64,000 bases of DNA. It comes from Clostridia bacterium (GTDB lineage: Bacteria > Bacillota > Clostridia > Oscillospirales > CAG-272). The notes beneath the pieces are model-generated. The model was not told the DNA's origin. It made no database searches and saw nothing but the letters and a program-made list of their open reading frames with translations. Within the stretch, counting starts at the first letter, position 1; every line of letters begins with the position of its first letter. Shown piece by piece: positions 16,603 through 26,934 of this stretch. The DNA is taken from positions 89,929 to 153,928 of the forward strand of contig JAFVRG010000021.1 in the NCBI GenBank assembly GCA_017504405.1. Direction: 5' to 3'. A program made the translations under genes and the position numbers.

Positions 16603-17459
16603 CAGCGTCCCCCTTTCATCTCACGGAGGACTGCGTCAAGGACGCCGTCAACGGTATAAAGGTTTCCTGTAAGGCCGATACCGTTTCCCTTAATTTTATT
16701 TGCAATATGAGCAATACTTGGAATATCAAGTCCTACCGAGGCAATCTCCGATGCCCGTGAGAAAACCTGAGAGGTTGTGCCCTCTGCAAAGATTTTAGAA
16801 TCGTTCATAACGACGATATTGTCACAATAGAGCGCCATATCCTCCATACTGTGACTGACGAGGATTACCGTCGTTCCCGATTTGCGCTGATATTCACAAA
16901 GACCGCCGAGAATCGTTCTTCTGCCCCTCGGGTCGAGTCCTGCGGCAGGCTCGTCAAGGACGAGCACCTCGGGCTTCATTGCTAAAACACCTGCGATAGC
17001 CACACGGCGCTTCTGCCCGCCCGAAAGCTCAAAGGGGGATTTATCGAGTATCTGCTCGTCAATATCAACAAAAGCCGCCGCCTCACGCACACGCTCGTCA
17101 ATTTCGCTCTCCGAGAGCTTCATATTCTTCGGCGCAAAGGAGATATCAGAACGCACTGTGTCGTCAAAGAGCTGATACTCGGGGTACTGCATTACAAGTC
17201 CGACACGGAAGCGCACCTTAGATATTTCCTTCGGCTTTTCCCATATATCCTTGCCGTCGAGCAAAATCTGTCCCGAGGTTGGGCGCAAGAGTCCGTTCAG
17301 CATCTGCACGAGCGTTGATTTTCCCGAGCCCGTATGTCCTATAAGACCTGTGATTTTTCCTTCCTCGAAGCCGACGCTCACGTCAGTCAACGCCGAGGTT
17401 TCAAACGGCGTTGACTGTCCGTATACGAAGGATACGTTTTTTACTTCTATCTTATACAT
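16602..17459 (-). CDS. ecfA2: ECF transporter ATPase component A2
   Basis: Walker A GHTGSGKST, signature LSGGQKRRVAIA, Walker B VLVLDEP. Confidence 0.9.
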   Translation of the reverse strand: MYKIEVKNVSFVYGQSTPFETSALTDVSVGFEEGKITGLIGHTGSGKSTLVQMLNGLLRPTSGQILLDGKDIWEKPKEISKVRFRVGLVMQYPEYQLFDDTVRSDISFAPKNMKLSESEIDERVREAAAFVDIDEQILDKSPFELSGGQKRRVAIAGVLAMKPEVLVLDEPAAGLDPRGRRTILGGLCEYQRKSGTTVILVSHSMEDMALYCDNIVVMNDSKIFAEGTTSQVFSRASEIASVGLDIPSIAHIANKIKGNGIGLTGNLYTVDGVLDAVLREMKGGR

Positions 17460-18333
17460 TTTTCTCTTTCTCTGATTTGATTAGCTTAACAATTATTTCT
17501 GCACATTCATCTGCATCAATGCAGTCCCTTGGCACGTCATAGCCGAGCGCACGGAGTCTATGCAAAAGCTCGGTTGCCTGCGGTGCTTCAAGTCCTACGG
17601 CTCGCAGCTCCTCAACGTGGGAAAAAACCTCCCTCGGAGTTGCGTCCATATACACCTCGCCGTCGTTTACGATAATTACTCTGTCGGCTCTTGCCGCCTC
17701 CTCCATATAATGCGTTATATGGATAATGGTTATGCCCTCCTCTCGGTTGAGACGTTCCATTGCACGCATAACCTCTTTTCTGCCGAGCGGGTCAAGCATT
17801 GCGGTTGATTCGTCAAAAATGATGCATTTCGGCTTCATAGCTATTACGCCTGCAATAGCAATTCTCTGCTTCTGACCGCCTGAAAGGCTATGCGTTGCGT
17901 GGTTGGCGTATTCGGTCATTCCGACAGTTTCAAGAGCCTCGTCAATTCGCTTTTGTATTTCCTTTGGCTCTATTCCGAGGTTTTCGGGTCCAAAGGCTAC
18001 GTCCTCCTCGACAACGGTTGCAACCAACTGATTGTCGGGGTTCTGAAATACCATACCGACGGTTTTTCTCACGTCATATAGCTTATCAATATCATCGTCA
18101 TTATGATCTATTTCCTTCCCGTCAATGTAAAGCGTACCCGAGGTAGGAGTAAGAATGAGATTCAAAAGCTTCGCCAACGTTGATTTTCCCGAGCCGTTAT
18201 GACCGAGAACAGCAACGTATTCACCCGACTCAACCGAAAGGGATACGTTTGAGAGCGCAGGAACGATGCTGATTTGTCCGTCACTGTCCGTATACGAGTA
18301 GGATATATCCTTTGTTTCTATTATTTTTTCCAT
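17452..18333 (-). CDS. ecfA1: ECF transporter ATPase component A1
   Basis: Walker A GHNGSGKST, LSGGQKQRIAIA, IIFDEST. The start is moved to MEKIIETKDISYSY (M23), just after the stop of the upstream gene. Confidence 0.9.
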   Translation of the reverse strand: MEKIIETKDISYSYTDSDGQISIVPALSNVSLSVESGEYVAVLGHNGSGKSTLAKLLNLILTPTSGTLYIDGKEIDHNDDDIDKLYDVRKTVGMVFQNPDNQLVATVVEEDVAFGPENLGIEPKEIQKRIDEALETVGMTEYANHATHSLSGGQKQRIAIAGVIAMKPKCIIFDESTAMLDPLGRKEVMRAMERLNREEGITIIHITHYMEEAARADRVIIVNDGEVYMDATPREVFSHVEELRAVGLEAPQATELLHRLRALGYDVPRDCIDADECAEIIVKLIKSEKEKNV

Positions 18334-18334
18334 T

Positions 18335-19201
18335 TTACTCTCCAAAGTACAGCCTGACGCTGTTTCCTGCGGGCATAACGTTATCCGTACCCGAAACACG
18401 TATGCCTATTTCGTCAGCCTCGCTCTTTACACCGTAGCGCTGACCAATACGCAAATCAACTATGTATTTCATAGTCGAGGCGTTAAGTCCTGTCGTGTAG
18501 GAATTTAACAGGAAAAAGAGGGGCTTGTCACTCAGAAGCTGAGCTGTCAGGGCAACAAAATCGTCAATATTCTCCTCTATTTTCCATACCTCTCCCGTTG
18601 GTCCTCTGCCGTATGATGGCGGGTCCATAATTATTCCGTCATATTTGTTGCCACGGCGGATTTCACGCTCGATGAATTTTTTGCAATCGTCAACTATGAA
18701 CCTTACAGGACGGTCGGAAAGCCCCGACAGGGCGAGATTCTCCTTTGCAGTGGCTACCATTCCCTTTGCCGCATCAACGTGGCAAACACTCGCTCCTGCC
18801 GCCGCCGCACACACGGAGGCACAGCCTGTATATGCAAAAAGGTTGAGTACCTTTATAGGTCTTCCCGCCTTCTTTATCAGCGAGGAAAACCACTCCCAGT
18901 TGGTTGCCTGCTCGGGGAAAATTCCCGTATGCTTGAAGCCCATTGGCTTTACTCGGAAGGTAAGCTCGCCGTATCTCACGGTCCACGCCTCGGGGAGCTT
19001 ATTTTGCGACCACGAGCCGCCGCCCGAGGACGAGCGCTTATAGCTCGCATCGTATTTTTTCCAGCCTATATGCTCCTTTTCGGATTTCCATATTACCTGA
19101 GGGTCGGGACGGACAAGGGTATATTTACCCCATCTCTCCAATTTTTCTCCCGACGAGCAATCAAGAAGCTCGTAATCCTTCCATTTATCTGTTGTCCACA
19201 T
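18335..19201 (-). CDS. class I SAM-dependent methyltransferase (COG1092/RlmI-like catalytic domain)
   Basis: VLNLFAYTGCASVCAA (motif I) and IIMDPPSYG (the DPP motif of this rRNA methyltransferase group). Confidence 0.8.
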   Translation of the reverse strand: MWTTDKWKDYELLDCSSGEKLERWGKYTLVRPDPQVIWKSEKEHIGWKKYDASYKRSSSGGGSWSQNKLPEAWTVRYGELTFRVKPMGFKHTGIFPEQATNWEWFSSLIKKAGRPIKVLNLFAYTGCASVCAAAAGASVCHVDAAKGMVATAKENLALSGLSDRPVRFIVDDCKKFIEREIRRGNKYDGIIMDPPSYGRGPTGEVWKIEENIDDFVALTAQLLSDKPLFFLLNSYTTGLNASTMKYIVDLRIGQRYGVKSEADEIGIRVSGTDNVMPAGNSVRLYFGE

Positions 19202-19211
19202 AAAAAATCCC

Positions 19212-19709
19212 TTATTTATTGAAATATTTTGCGAGCGCAGAGCCGCAGCACTGAGAATGACACAGAGCTATTGCGATTGCGTCTGCGGTATCATCAGGCT
19301 TCGGCGGGGCGGGCAGCTTGAGCATTGAGGTTACCATTGCTATAACCTGTCTCTTATCCGCCTTACCGTATCCGACAACCGCCTGCTTTACCTGCAAGGG
19401 CGTATATTCGCTAATCTTAACACCGTGCGATTTCGCACATAAAAGAATTATTCCTCTCGCCTCTGCAACGGATATTCCCGTGGTGGTATTGGTATTGAAG
19501 AAAAGCTCCTCAACAGCCATCTCATCGGGCTTATATTTCTCTATTATTCTGTTCATCGACTCGTAAATCATAAACAGCCTGTCCTCTACGGGTGTATGAG
19601 CAGGCGTATTTATTGCGCCGTATGCAACGGGATAGGTTTTACCGCCCATTTTATTTACAACACCCCAACCGACAATTGCCAGACCGGGGTCTATTCCCAA
19701 AATTATCAT
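19212..19709 (-). CDS. ruvC: crossover junction endodeoxyribonuclease
   Basis: MIILGIDPGLAIVGWGVV... and ...DDTADAIAIALCH, the RuvC acidic catalytic residues. 165 aa. Confidence 0.9.
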   Translation of the reverse strand: MIILGIDPGLAIVGWGVVNKMGGKTYPVAYGAINTPAHTPVEDRLFMIYESMNRIIEKYKPDEMAVEELFFNTNTTTGISVAEARGIILLCAKSHGVKISEYTPLQVKQAVVGYGKADKRQVIAMVTSMLKLPAPPKPDDTADAIAIALCHSQCCGSALAKYFNK

Positions 19710-19776
19710 ATATACTCCAAAAAACAGTTATAGAATAGTATATCATATTTTTATTTAAATGTCAAAGGAAAGTGTA

Positions 19777-22008
19777 TCAATCGGTAAATCGGGAAAATTT
19801 CACCTGTACAGGCTCGTCCTTTTTTAAGGTAATTTTCCGTGCCTCTTTTCCAAGACAGACGGTAAGAGTGGTATCCGTATCCGATATTAGCTCGGCATAA
19901 ACGCCCCTTTCGTCCCATTCGAGCGTCTTTACAGTTCTACCGTATTTAAGAATTAAATCTCTTGCTCTGCCGCTCCTCAAAAGCTCGGGCAGGCACGGCA
20001 GGAGCCTGATGGATCTTTCGTCGGAATACACAAGCATCTCATACATTGCATTGACAAAGCCGAGGTTGGCATCAATCTGAAATACCGTTGTGCTGTAATT
20101 GAGACAGGTTGTCAAATTTCTTCGCACGTAGTGGGCGAAGAAAAATTCAATAGCAGCCCTGATTTTATCGCTTTTTCTAAGCCGTGCGTAAACGTTTATA
20201 AGGTGCATAACGCTCCAACCGCACGTGCCCTCGTTTTCAGTGTAAAAGCCGCTTTCTATACGCTTATCAATAAGCTTGTCTATGCCGCTTGCAAGGCGCA
20301 AATCACTCTGCGCTTCTGTTCCCGGCATTGCCGCATAGGCAAAGGATATATGCCTGTGAGGATAGGCAGACGCAGCCTTTTCGTCCGCCCATTCGCACAA
20401 AGTACCGTCCTGCTCATATAAATAGTTGGGCAGGGTTATTTTATATTCGTTTCTGACACCGAGGATTTCGCACGCATACCTGATATTTGAAAAAAGCTCC
20501 TTTATTGCGCTTATATCCATTGCGGCATTTTTGCCCAGCATAGAAAACCTGTTCTCAAACGGCGAGTTTTCGGGCGAAACCGATGGGAAAATCACTCCGC
20601 TTTTGACGTAATCCATATAAAAATCCGCCGCCTTACACATAAACGGTAGCGCTCGGCTTCTGAGAAAATCCGTATCGTTAGTGTAAAGGTAGTATTCAAA
20701 ATAGCTCTGCGCCAGCCATGCTCCGCCCGATATCCAGAACTGGTGACAGTATCCGCCCGAAAAGTGGAACATAAGTCCTGAATTGGTAAACCGTGAGGTT
20801 ACTGCAATTCCACGTGCGCCAAACAGCTTTTTCGCATTTTCCTCAAATTCGGGAACTAATGAATCAAGGAAATCAAACGTGGGCAACAGCAGCTGAGGAA
20901 GATTTGCCGCCAAGGGCGCCCACAGCGCCATTTCCAGCTCCATATTAGAAACGTAGTCACACATGGTTCTGCCGTCCACGTTTCCGCTCCACAGTCCCTG
21001 CGCATTCGGGGGCAGCTTACCGAAAGAAGAAATTGTCAGGTATCTGCCTACGTAATACATTTTTTGCATAAGAGCAGCGAACTTTTCGTCGCTTGGAGAA
21101 TCAAAAAGCTCCTCCGAATATGCACTCGTATAGGGATTGTCCGCCATTTCTATCTCCGAGGAGAAAAACAGCTCTCTATACAACGGCAGATTGGCAGAAA
21201 AGGCATCGTCATAACCGTTAAAAACGCTCATTGCGGGCTCGCTGTCCAGAGCGATAGAAACCGCAAGAGTCACACTGTGTCCGTTGCGTATTTTCAACGT
21301 ATTGTTTTCATAAGTGATTTCACCGTCACAGATAGGTGACACAAGCGCCGTGTAATAGCCTCTGTTCATATCGACTCTGGCGTAAAGTCCCCTGTCAGTA
21401 TGACGGTAGGTTTCTTTCAAAATACATTTTTCAATCAAGAGTCTGTCGCTATCGCTCTTCGGCTGGGGTGTCGATATTTTAAAGGAAAAATCGCACTCCC
21501 TCTCGGCCTCAAGAGAGATATAAACTATCCCGCTGTCATAGGCGGTGAAAACACGCTGGCGTATAGCTCCGCACTCCGCTTGTGCAGAAGCGGAAATCTC
21601 GGCGCTCGAGGTATCGAGTGAGCGTTCAAAATCCGTAAAGCTGCCGCAATTGCAATTCACGCTCATTTCAAATGCGGGGAAATATCTATCGGGATACAGC
21701 GTTCCGTCCTCGGGAAAAATTTTATTGCGAAGTCCTCGGGAGGCAGCAATATCGAAAAAGCGTTTTGCATACTCAAAGCGTGCGTCAATATCCGCCTCGG
21801 CATCGATAGCCGATGCGAAAACGTCGCTCATATCGGGGAAGCTCTCCAGCTCGTTTGTATGAATAAAGAGGGATTCATGGTTGAAAATAATTCTACCGTG
21901 CTCAAAATCGGGAATTACTATTGCGCCAACCGTTCCGTTACCGCTAAAATAACCGTTTTCCCAATCATTTACTCGCTCTCTGTTTCTGACAGTATACCTC
22001 ATAGTCAA
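19777..22008 (-). CDS. glycoside hydrolase family 95-like protein (alpha-L-fucosidase-type)
   Basis: 743 aa. The N-terminus DWENGYFSGNGTVGAIVI...FNHESLF resembles the GH95 N-terminal domain (W..alp.GNG.lG). The assignment is from memory of the family pattern only. Confidence 0.65.
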   Translation of the reverse strand: MTMRYTVRNRERVNDWENGYFSGNGTVGAIVIPDFEHGRIIFNHESLFIHTNELESFPDMSDVFASAIDAEADIDARFEYAKRFFDIAASRGLRNKIFPEDGTLYPDRYFPAFEMSVNCNCGSFTDFERSLDTSSAEISASAQAECGAIRQRVFTAYDSGIVYISLEAERECDFSFKISTPQPKSDSDRLLIEKCILKETYRHTDRGLYARVDMNRGYYTALVSPICDGEITYENNTLKIRNGHSVTLAVSIALDSEPAMSVFNGYDDAFSANLPLYRELFFSSEIEMADNPYTSAYSEELFDSPSDEKFAALMQKMYYVGRYLTISSFGKLPPNAQGLWSGNVDGRTMCDYVSNMELEMALWAPLAANLPQLLLPTFDFLDSLVPEFEENAKKLFGARGIAVTSRFTNSGLMFHFSGGYCHQFWISGGAWLAQSYFEYYLYTNDTDFLRSRALPFMCKAADFYMDYVKSGVIFPSVSPENSPFENRFSMLGKNAAMDISAIKELFSNIRYACEILGVRNEYKITLPNYLYEQDGTLCEWADEKAASAYPHRHISFAYAAMPGTEAQSDLRLASGIDKLIDKRIESGFYTENEGTCGWSVMHLINVYARLRKSDKIRAAIEFFFAHYVRRNLTTCLNYSTTVFQIDANLGFVNAMYEMLVYSDERSIRLLPCLPELLRSGRARDLILKYGRTVKTLEWDERGVYAELISDTDTTLTVCLGKEARKITLKKDEPVQVKFSRFTD

Positions 22009-22149
22009 GCTCCCTTAAAATCTTTATTTAATTTTAATTTATTTTTGCAGTTTTGTCAAGGCATACGCGCGCTAAAATAAATATTTATAACGTATTTACT
22101 TTTATTTCGTTATGTGTTAAAATATAACTGTGTATTCAAAGGAGCGGCT

Positions 22150-22341
22150 ATGGAGATTATAAGATTTAACGTGGGTGATGAGCTGGAGCTGAAAAAGCCG
22201 CACCCCTGTAAGAGTAAAATATTCCGTGTTCTTCGCACGGGAAGCGATGTAAGAATTATCTGCACGGGCTGTCAGAGAGATCTGACAATCGAGCGTGTTA
22301 AGCTCGAAAAAATGATTAAAAGAGTAATAGAAAAGGCTTGA
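22150..22341 (+). CDS. DUF951 family small protein
   Basis: MEIIRFNVGDELELKKPHPC...RTGSDVRIICTGCQRDLTIER matches the DUF951 pattern as I remember it. AAAGGAG RBS at the internal ATG (M13 of the track ORF). Confidence 0.7.
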   Translation: MEIIRFNVGDELELKKPHPCKSKIFRVLRTGSDVRIICTGCQRDLTIERVKLEKMIKRVIEKA

Positions 22342-22344
22342 AAA

Positions 22345-25047
22345 ATGGAAGATAAGGCAAAATCAGGATTCAAAAAAAGGGTAGTTGATTTCTTCTCCTC
22401 GAAGATGTTTGCTTCCTTCATAATCCCCTTCACGATGATGATGTGCGTTTACGCATTCGTGAAGGTATTTCCGTTTGGAAAAAGCTCGGTTCTGATATAC
22501 GACCTCAACGGTCAGTACGTATATTTCTTTGAGGCGCTGAGGGAGGCAGTTTGGGGCGACGGCTCCCTTCTCTATTCCTTCTCACGCTCCTTGGGCGGTG
22601 AATTCGGCGGAATTTACGCATATTATCTCGCAAGCCCTCTATCCTACATCGTTGCACTGTTTCCGAAGGAAAACCTGATTGATGCTCTTTTCCTCATTTT
22701 GATCATCAAAACGGGGCTTTGCGGACTTACCTTCTCGTATCTGCTTTCAAAGGAAACGAGGCTGGGCTATCTCACTACCATAACGCTATCATCATGCTAT
22801 GCTCTCTCCGCCTATTCGGTGGTTATGCAGCACAACACTATGTGGATGGAGGGAGTATACCTTCTTCCCCTGTTAGTGGTTGGCTTGAAGGCGCTGGTTT
22901 ACGAGAGAAAATACAAGCTCTATACAGTAACCCTTGCATTTACTATGCTGTGCAACTACTATATCGGTTATATGAGCTGTATTTTCGTATTCATTTTCTT
23001 CTTCTGGCTCATAATTTCGGACAAAGAAAAGGTGGGCGTTAAGAAAACCGTTATCCGCTTTTTCCAAAGGCTCTGCCGTGTCGGTGTTTTTTCGGCTATC
23101 GGAATAATGATTGCGGCGCTGCTTATAATTCCCGCATACTATTCTCTCACGTTCGGAAAGACAACCTTTACCGACCCGTCATACGATTTCAGACTGAAAT
23201 TCAATCCGCTTTTGCTGATTATGAAATCCGCTATAACCTCGTACGATACCCTGCAGGGCAGCGGTCTGCCGTTTATCTGGTGCTCGACTGCGGCATTCTT
23301 CTTTATGCCCTTCTACTTTGTGAGCAAGCGCTATTCTTTGCGTGAAAAGCTGTCATCATTCGCAATAATTTTCATTCTTTTGTTCAGTATGTGCTATGAT
23401 CCTATTGATATGATATGGCACGGAGGGCAGGGACCTAATTGCCTAAATTACAGATACGCATTTATTTTCGTTTTCTTCGTCCTCTATATATCGGCTAAGG
23501 GAGCTAATGATATAAGACGGGCAAGACCTGTTGTTCTATCGGCAATTTTTGCCGCCTGGCTGATTTTGTTCACGGTAGCTAAGATAAACCTATCGGAAAA
23601 ATTCGACGTATGGACACTTCTCATACAGTTTGCGTTTTTGTCGGTTTTCTTCGCCCTGTTTTTGCTCTACTCAATCAATTGGAGGCCCGCAAGAAAATAT
23701 TTCGTGCATACCCTGTGTCTACTCACCGTAAGTGAGCTGATATTTGCAGGCTGCTTTAACATTTACAAATTCAAAAAGGACGTTGGCGGCTCGAGCAGAG
23801 CCTCTTATATAGGATATTTTGATGCATTAAAGGGCGCTGACGCATATATTGCGAGCGATACCGAGCCGTTCTTCCGCACCGAAAAAATCGGATACAGAAC
23901 CGTAAACGACTCGTATACGCAAAATTACTTCGGGCTCAGTGGCTCGACCTCGACACTCAATGCCGATACCCTGTCACTGCTCGGAATGTTCGGCTTGCAA
24001 GCCGATGAGCATTGGAGCAAATACGTCGCCTCTCTTCCTGCGGTAGACTCATTTTTCTCTGTAAAATACATTATTACAAAGACACCGAAGCCGGCTGACG
24101 AGAATGATCCCAACTCATATCCTATTGTCAGAAACGTGCCTAAAACCTACACAGCGGTATACTCCGATGAAAATTACACGGTATATGAAAATCCGTATTA
24201 TCTGCCGATAGGATTCATTACAAACGAAAAGATTGACGATTTGCGTTTGTCGGAGGATATGGACTGCTTCAATTTCATGAACAGGCTCTACTCCGCTATG
24301 CTCGGCGAGCGTGTGCGCATTTTCAACTCCGAGAGAGTTATTTTCCGTGACCTCATCGACTGCTACTATGACACAAGCACCTATTCGATAAGGGTTGATG
24401 AGGATGCGGACGTTGGAAAAATAACCTATACGGTAAAAAAGATTTTAGATTCCGAAAACGGCGGATATAAGGATACCTATCTCTATTTTCCGATATATCA
24501 GACGGGAATGGAGGCAACCCTCTACGTTAACGGAGAAAACAAGGGCAAAATAGTGTCCACAGGCAGGGGCAATTTCCCTATATATCTTGGCGGTTATGAT
24601 ACAAGAACCGTTGAGGTAACGCTGGAATTTGAGGACAGCGTTGTTCTCGGCATTGATTCGCCTACAGTATATTCGGTTGATTACGGCGCTCTCGAATACG
24701 CAACGGATAAGCTCAAAGGCAGCTCTATGAAGATAACGGAGTTTTCCTCTGACAGTATTGCTGCTACGGTAGTGGCAGCGGACGGTGGCAGAATGCTCAC
24801 CACAATTCCGTACGACGAGGGCTGGCAGGTAACGGTTGACGGCGAGCCCGTAACGGTAAGCGAGAGCCTTGGCGCTCTGCTCTCCTTCAATATACCCAAG
24901 GGAACTCACACCGTTGAAATGGTATATATGCCGAAATGCTACACCTATGCATTGCTCTTATCCTTGACAGGCGCTGCCGTGTTTGGTATAATAGTAGCGT
25001 GCGAATATATTTACAAACGCAGAAAAAACAGTTTAATTAATCAGTAA
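22345..25047 (+). CDS. YfhO family membrane protein (putative glycosyl-transfer to cell-envelope polymers)
   Basis: 900 aa. Many N-terminal TM helices, a large extracytoplasmic C-terminal region and a final TM helix, which is the YfhO architecture. Confidence 0.75.
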   Translation: MEDKAKSGFKKRVVDFFSSKMFASFIIPFTMMMCVYAFVKVFPFGKSSVLIYDLNGQYVYFFEALREAVWGDGSLLYSFSRSLGGEFGGIYAYYLASPLSYIVALFPKENLIDALFLILIIKTGLCGLTFSYLLSKETRLGYLTTITLSSCYALSAYSVVMQHNTMWMEGVYLLPLLVVGLKALVYERKYKLYTVTLAFTMLCNYYIGYMSCIFVFIFFFWLIISDKEKVGVKKTVIRFFQRLCRVGVFSAIGIMIAALLIIPAYYSLTFGKTTFTDPSYDFRLKFNPLLLIMKSAITSYDTLQGSGLPFIWCSTAAFFFMPFYFVSKRYSLREKLSSFAIIFILLFSMCYDPIDMIWHGGQGPNCLNYRYAFIFVFFVLYISAKGANDIRRARPVVLSAIFAAWLILFTVAKINLSEKFDVWTLLIQFAFLSVFFALFLLYSINWRPARKYFVHTLCLLTVSELIFAGCFNIYKFKKDVGGSSRASYIGYFDALKGADAYIASDTEPFFRTEKIGYRTVNDSYTQNYFGLSGSTSTLNADTLSLLGMFGLQADEHWSKYVASLPAVDSFFSVKYIITKTPKPADENDPNSYPIVRNVPKTYTAVYSDENYTVYENPYYLPIGFITNEKIDDLRLSEDMDCFNFMNRLYSAMLGERVRIFNSERVIFRDLIDCYYDTSTYSIRVDEDADVGKITYTVKKILDSENGGYKDTYLYFPIYQTGMEATLYVNGENKGKIVSTGRGNFPIYLGGYDTRTVEVTLEFEDSVVLGIDSPTVYSVDYGALEYATDKLKGSSMKITEFSSDSIAATVVAADGGRMLTTIPYDEGWQVTVDGEPVTVSESLGALLSFNIPKGTHTVEMVYMPKCYTYALLLSLTGAAVFGIIVACEYIYKRRKNSLINQ

Positions 25048-25056
25048 GGGGATATT

Positions 25057-25668
25057 ATGTTTTATCACGTTTCGGGAGAGCTCGTTGTTTGCGAGTCGTA
25101 TTTCTCAGTAATAGACTGTGGCGGCGTGGGATATAAGCTATCGACCAGCCTCAATACTGCCGACTCTCTGGCAGGTAAGCTCGGCGAGCGTGTTAAGCTG
25201 TACACGCACCTCGCTGTACGTGAGGATGCTATGGAGCTGTTTGGCTTCTACACCGTTGAGGAGCTCGATATTTTCCGTCTTCTGCTCACCGTGTCGGGAG
25301 TAGGACCGAAGGCGGCAATCTCTATTCTCTCAATACTGACGCCAGAGAAATTTTCACTTGCAGTATGCACTGAGGACACCCGTGCAATAGCAAAGGCTTC
25401 GGGAGTTGGCTCAAAAACTGCGGCGAGGGTTGTTCTCGAGCTCAAGGATAAGGTAACGAGTGTTGCCTCTCCTGTAAGGACGGAATCCGCCGCCCCCATA
25501 AAAAGAGCCCTTCCACGCTCTTCGCAAAAGCTCAACGACGCAACCGATGCGCTTACCGTGCTCGGCTTTAACAAAAATCAGATACTTGATGCGCTGTCTG
25601 GTATGGATATTACCGATATGCCGCTTGATAAGATAATAAAGAATGCGCTCAAGCACCTTGGAAGATAA
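25057..25668 (+). CDS. ruvA: Holliday junction branch migration complex subunit RuvA
   Basis: MFYHVSGELV...GVGYKL...VSGVGPKAAISILS (HhH motifs). Directly upstream of ruvB. Confidence 0.9.
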   Translation: MFYHVSGELVVCESYFSVIDCGGVGYKLSTSLNTADSLAGKLGERVKLYTHLAVREDAMELFGFYTVEELDIFRLLLTVSGVGPKAAISILSILTPEKFSLAVCTEDTRAIAKASGVGSKTAARVVLELKDKVTSVASPVRTESAAPIKRALPRSSQKLNDATDALTVLGFNKNQILDALSGMDITDMPLDKIIKNALKHLGR

Positions 25669-25677
25669 GGAGTTATT

Positions 25678-26736
25678 ATGGATATAGAATTTGATTTTGA
25701 AAACCGAATAATGTCCACCGAATATACGCCTCACGATACCGATACCGAAATAACCCTGCGTCCGCAGACGCTCGACGATTATATCGGTCAGGGGAAGGTT
25801 AAGGAAAATCTCAAGGTGTACATAGAGGCTGCAAAAAAGCGTGAGGACGTGCTCGACCACGTTCTTTTGTACGGCCCTCCGGGTCTTGGAAAAACCACGC
25901 TTTCCAACATTATTGCACAGGAGCTGGGCGTAAACATACGCACAACCTCGGGTCCCGCTATTGAAAAGCAGGGAGACCTCGCCGCAATTCTGAGCAACCT
26001 CTCCGACGGCGACGTTTTGTTTATTGATGAAATACACCGCCTCTCACGCTCGATAGAGGAAATACTCTACCCTGCTATGGAGGATTACGCAATTGATTTA
26101 ATTATAGGAAAGGGACCGAGCGCAAAGACCGTTCGCCTGCCTATTCCAAAATTCACTCTGATAGGCGCAACCACGAGAGCAGGACAGCTGACAACACCTC
26201 TGCGTGACCGTTTCGGCGTGATTTTAAAGCTGGAGCTCTACACAAACGACGAGCTTATGACTATAATTAAGCGCAGTGCATCAATTCTCGAACTCAAGAT
26301 AACCGATGACGGCGCAGCGGCAATTGCCGCCCGTTCCCGTGGAACGCCCCGTATAGCTAACCGCCTTCTCAAGCGTGTGCGTGATTTCGCCCTTGTTAAA
26401 GGGGATGGGGAAATAACCTCAAAAATTGCGGAATATGCGCTCAAAATGCTTGAAATTGACGACCTCGGACTTGACAATACCGACAGAAAGCTGCTTGAAT
26501 CTATAATCAAGTTTTATGACGGGGGTCCTGTCGGACTCGAAACCCTCGCAGCTACTACGGGCGAGGAAGCGATTACCATCGAGGACCTCTACGAGCCGTA
26601 CCTATTGCAGATAGGCTTCGTATCCAGAACCCCGAGAGGAAGATGCGCAACGAGGCTCGCATACGAGCATCTCGGCATACCCTACCGTCCCACAGCCACA
26701 CAGCAGGGCTTCTTTGACGGTGAGGAAACAAAATAA
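25678..26736 (+). CDS. ruvB: Holliday junction DNA helicase RuvB
   Basis: [12 protein letters not shown], Walker [10 protein letters not shown], Walker [10 protein letters not shown], and sensor/arginine motifs. Confidence 0.95.
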   Translation: MDIEFDFENRIMSTEYTPHDTDTEITLRPQTLDDYIGQGKVKENLKVYIEAAKKREDVLDHVLLYGPPGLGKTTLSNIIAQELGVNIRTTSGPAIEKQGDLAAILSNLSDGDVLFIDEIHRLSRSIEEILYPAMEDYAIDLIIGKGPSAKTVRLPIPKFTLIGATTRAGQLTTPLRDRFGVILKLELYTNDELMTIIKRSASILELKITDDGAAAIAARSRGTPRIANRLLKRVRDFALVKGDGEITSKIAEYALKMLEIDDLGLDNTDRKLLESIIKFYDGGPVGLETLAATTGEEAITIEDLYEPYLLQIGFVSRTPRGRCATRLAYEHLGIPYRPTATQQGFFDGEETK

Positions 26737-26740
26737 AAAT

Positions 26741-26778
26741 ATGAGCAGACACAAATTGTGTCTGCTCATTTAGTTTTC
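26741..26778 (+). terminator. intrinsic terminator of ruvAB
   Basis: ATGAGCAGACAC-aaat-TGTGTCTGCTCAT followed by TTAGTTTT. Confidence 0.7.
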
Positions 26779-26818
26779 ATATTATGTGTTCAGGCTTAGC
26801 CTTCACTTGTTATTGAAA

Positions 26819-26926
26819 TCAATGTATCAAATAGATAACTACCGAGAGGACTGCTCCCCCAACCATAAGAGTTGCCATTAAAAGCGCCATCGCACGGACT
26901 GTAAAAATCTTGCCTTTTCTTTTCAT
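26819..26926 (-). CDS. possible 35-aa membrane micro-protein
   Basis: Hand translation gives MKRKGKIFTVRAMALLMATLMVGGAVLSVVIYLIH. GAGGT lies 7 nt upstream and the ORF starts 8 nt after the mreB-like stop. It is below the ORF-track size cut-off and has no further support. Confidence 0.25.
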   Translation of the reverse strand: MKRKGKIFTVRAMALLMATLMVGGAVLSVVIYLIH

Positions 26927-26934
26927 ATTATACC

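Noticed and set aside
19730-19750. Isolated GTATATCAT (9 of 10 nt of the array motif) upstream of ruvC
   Set aside because: This is a single occurrence in AT-rich promoter DNA with no flanking hairpins or partner in inverse orientation. It is compatible with chance.
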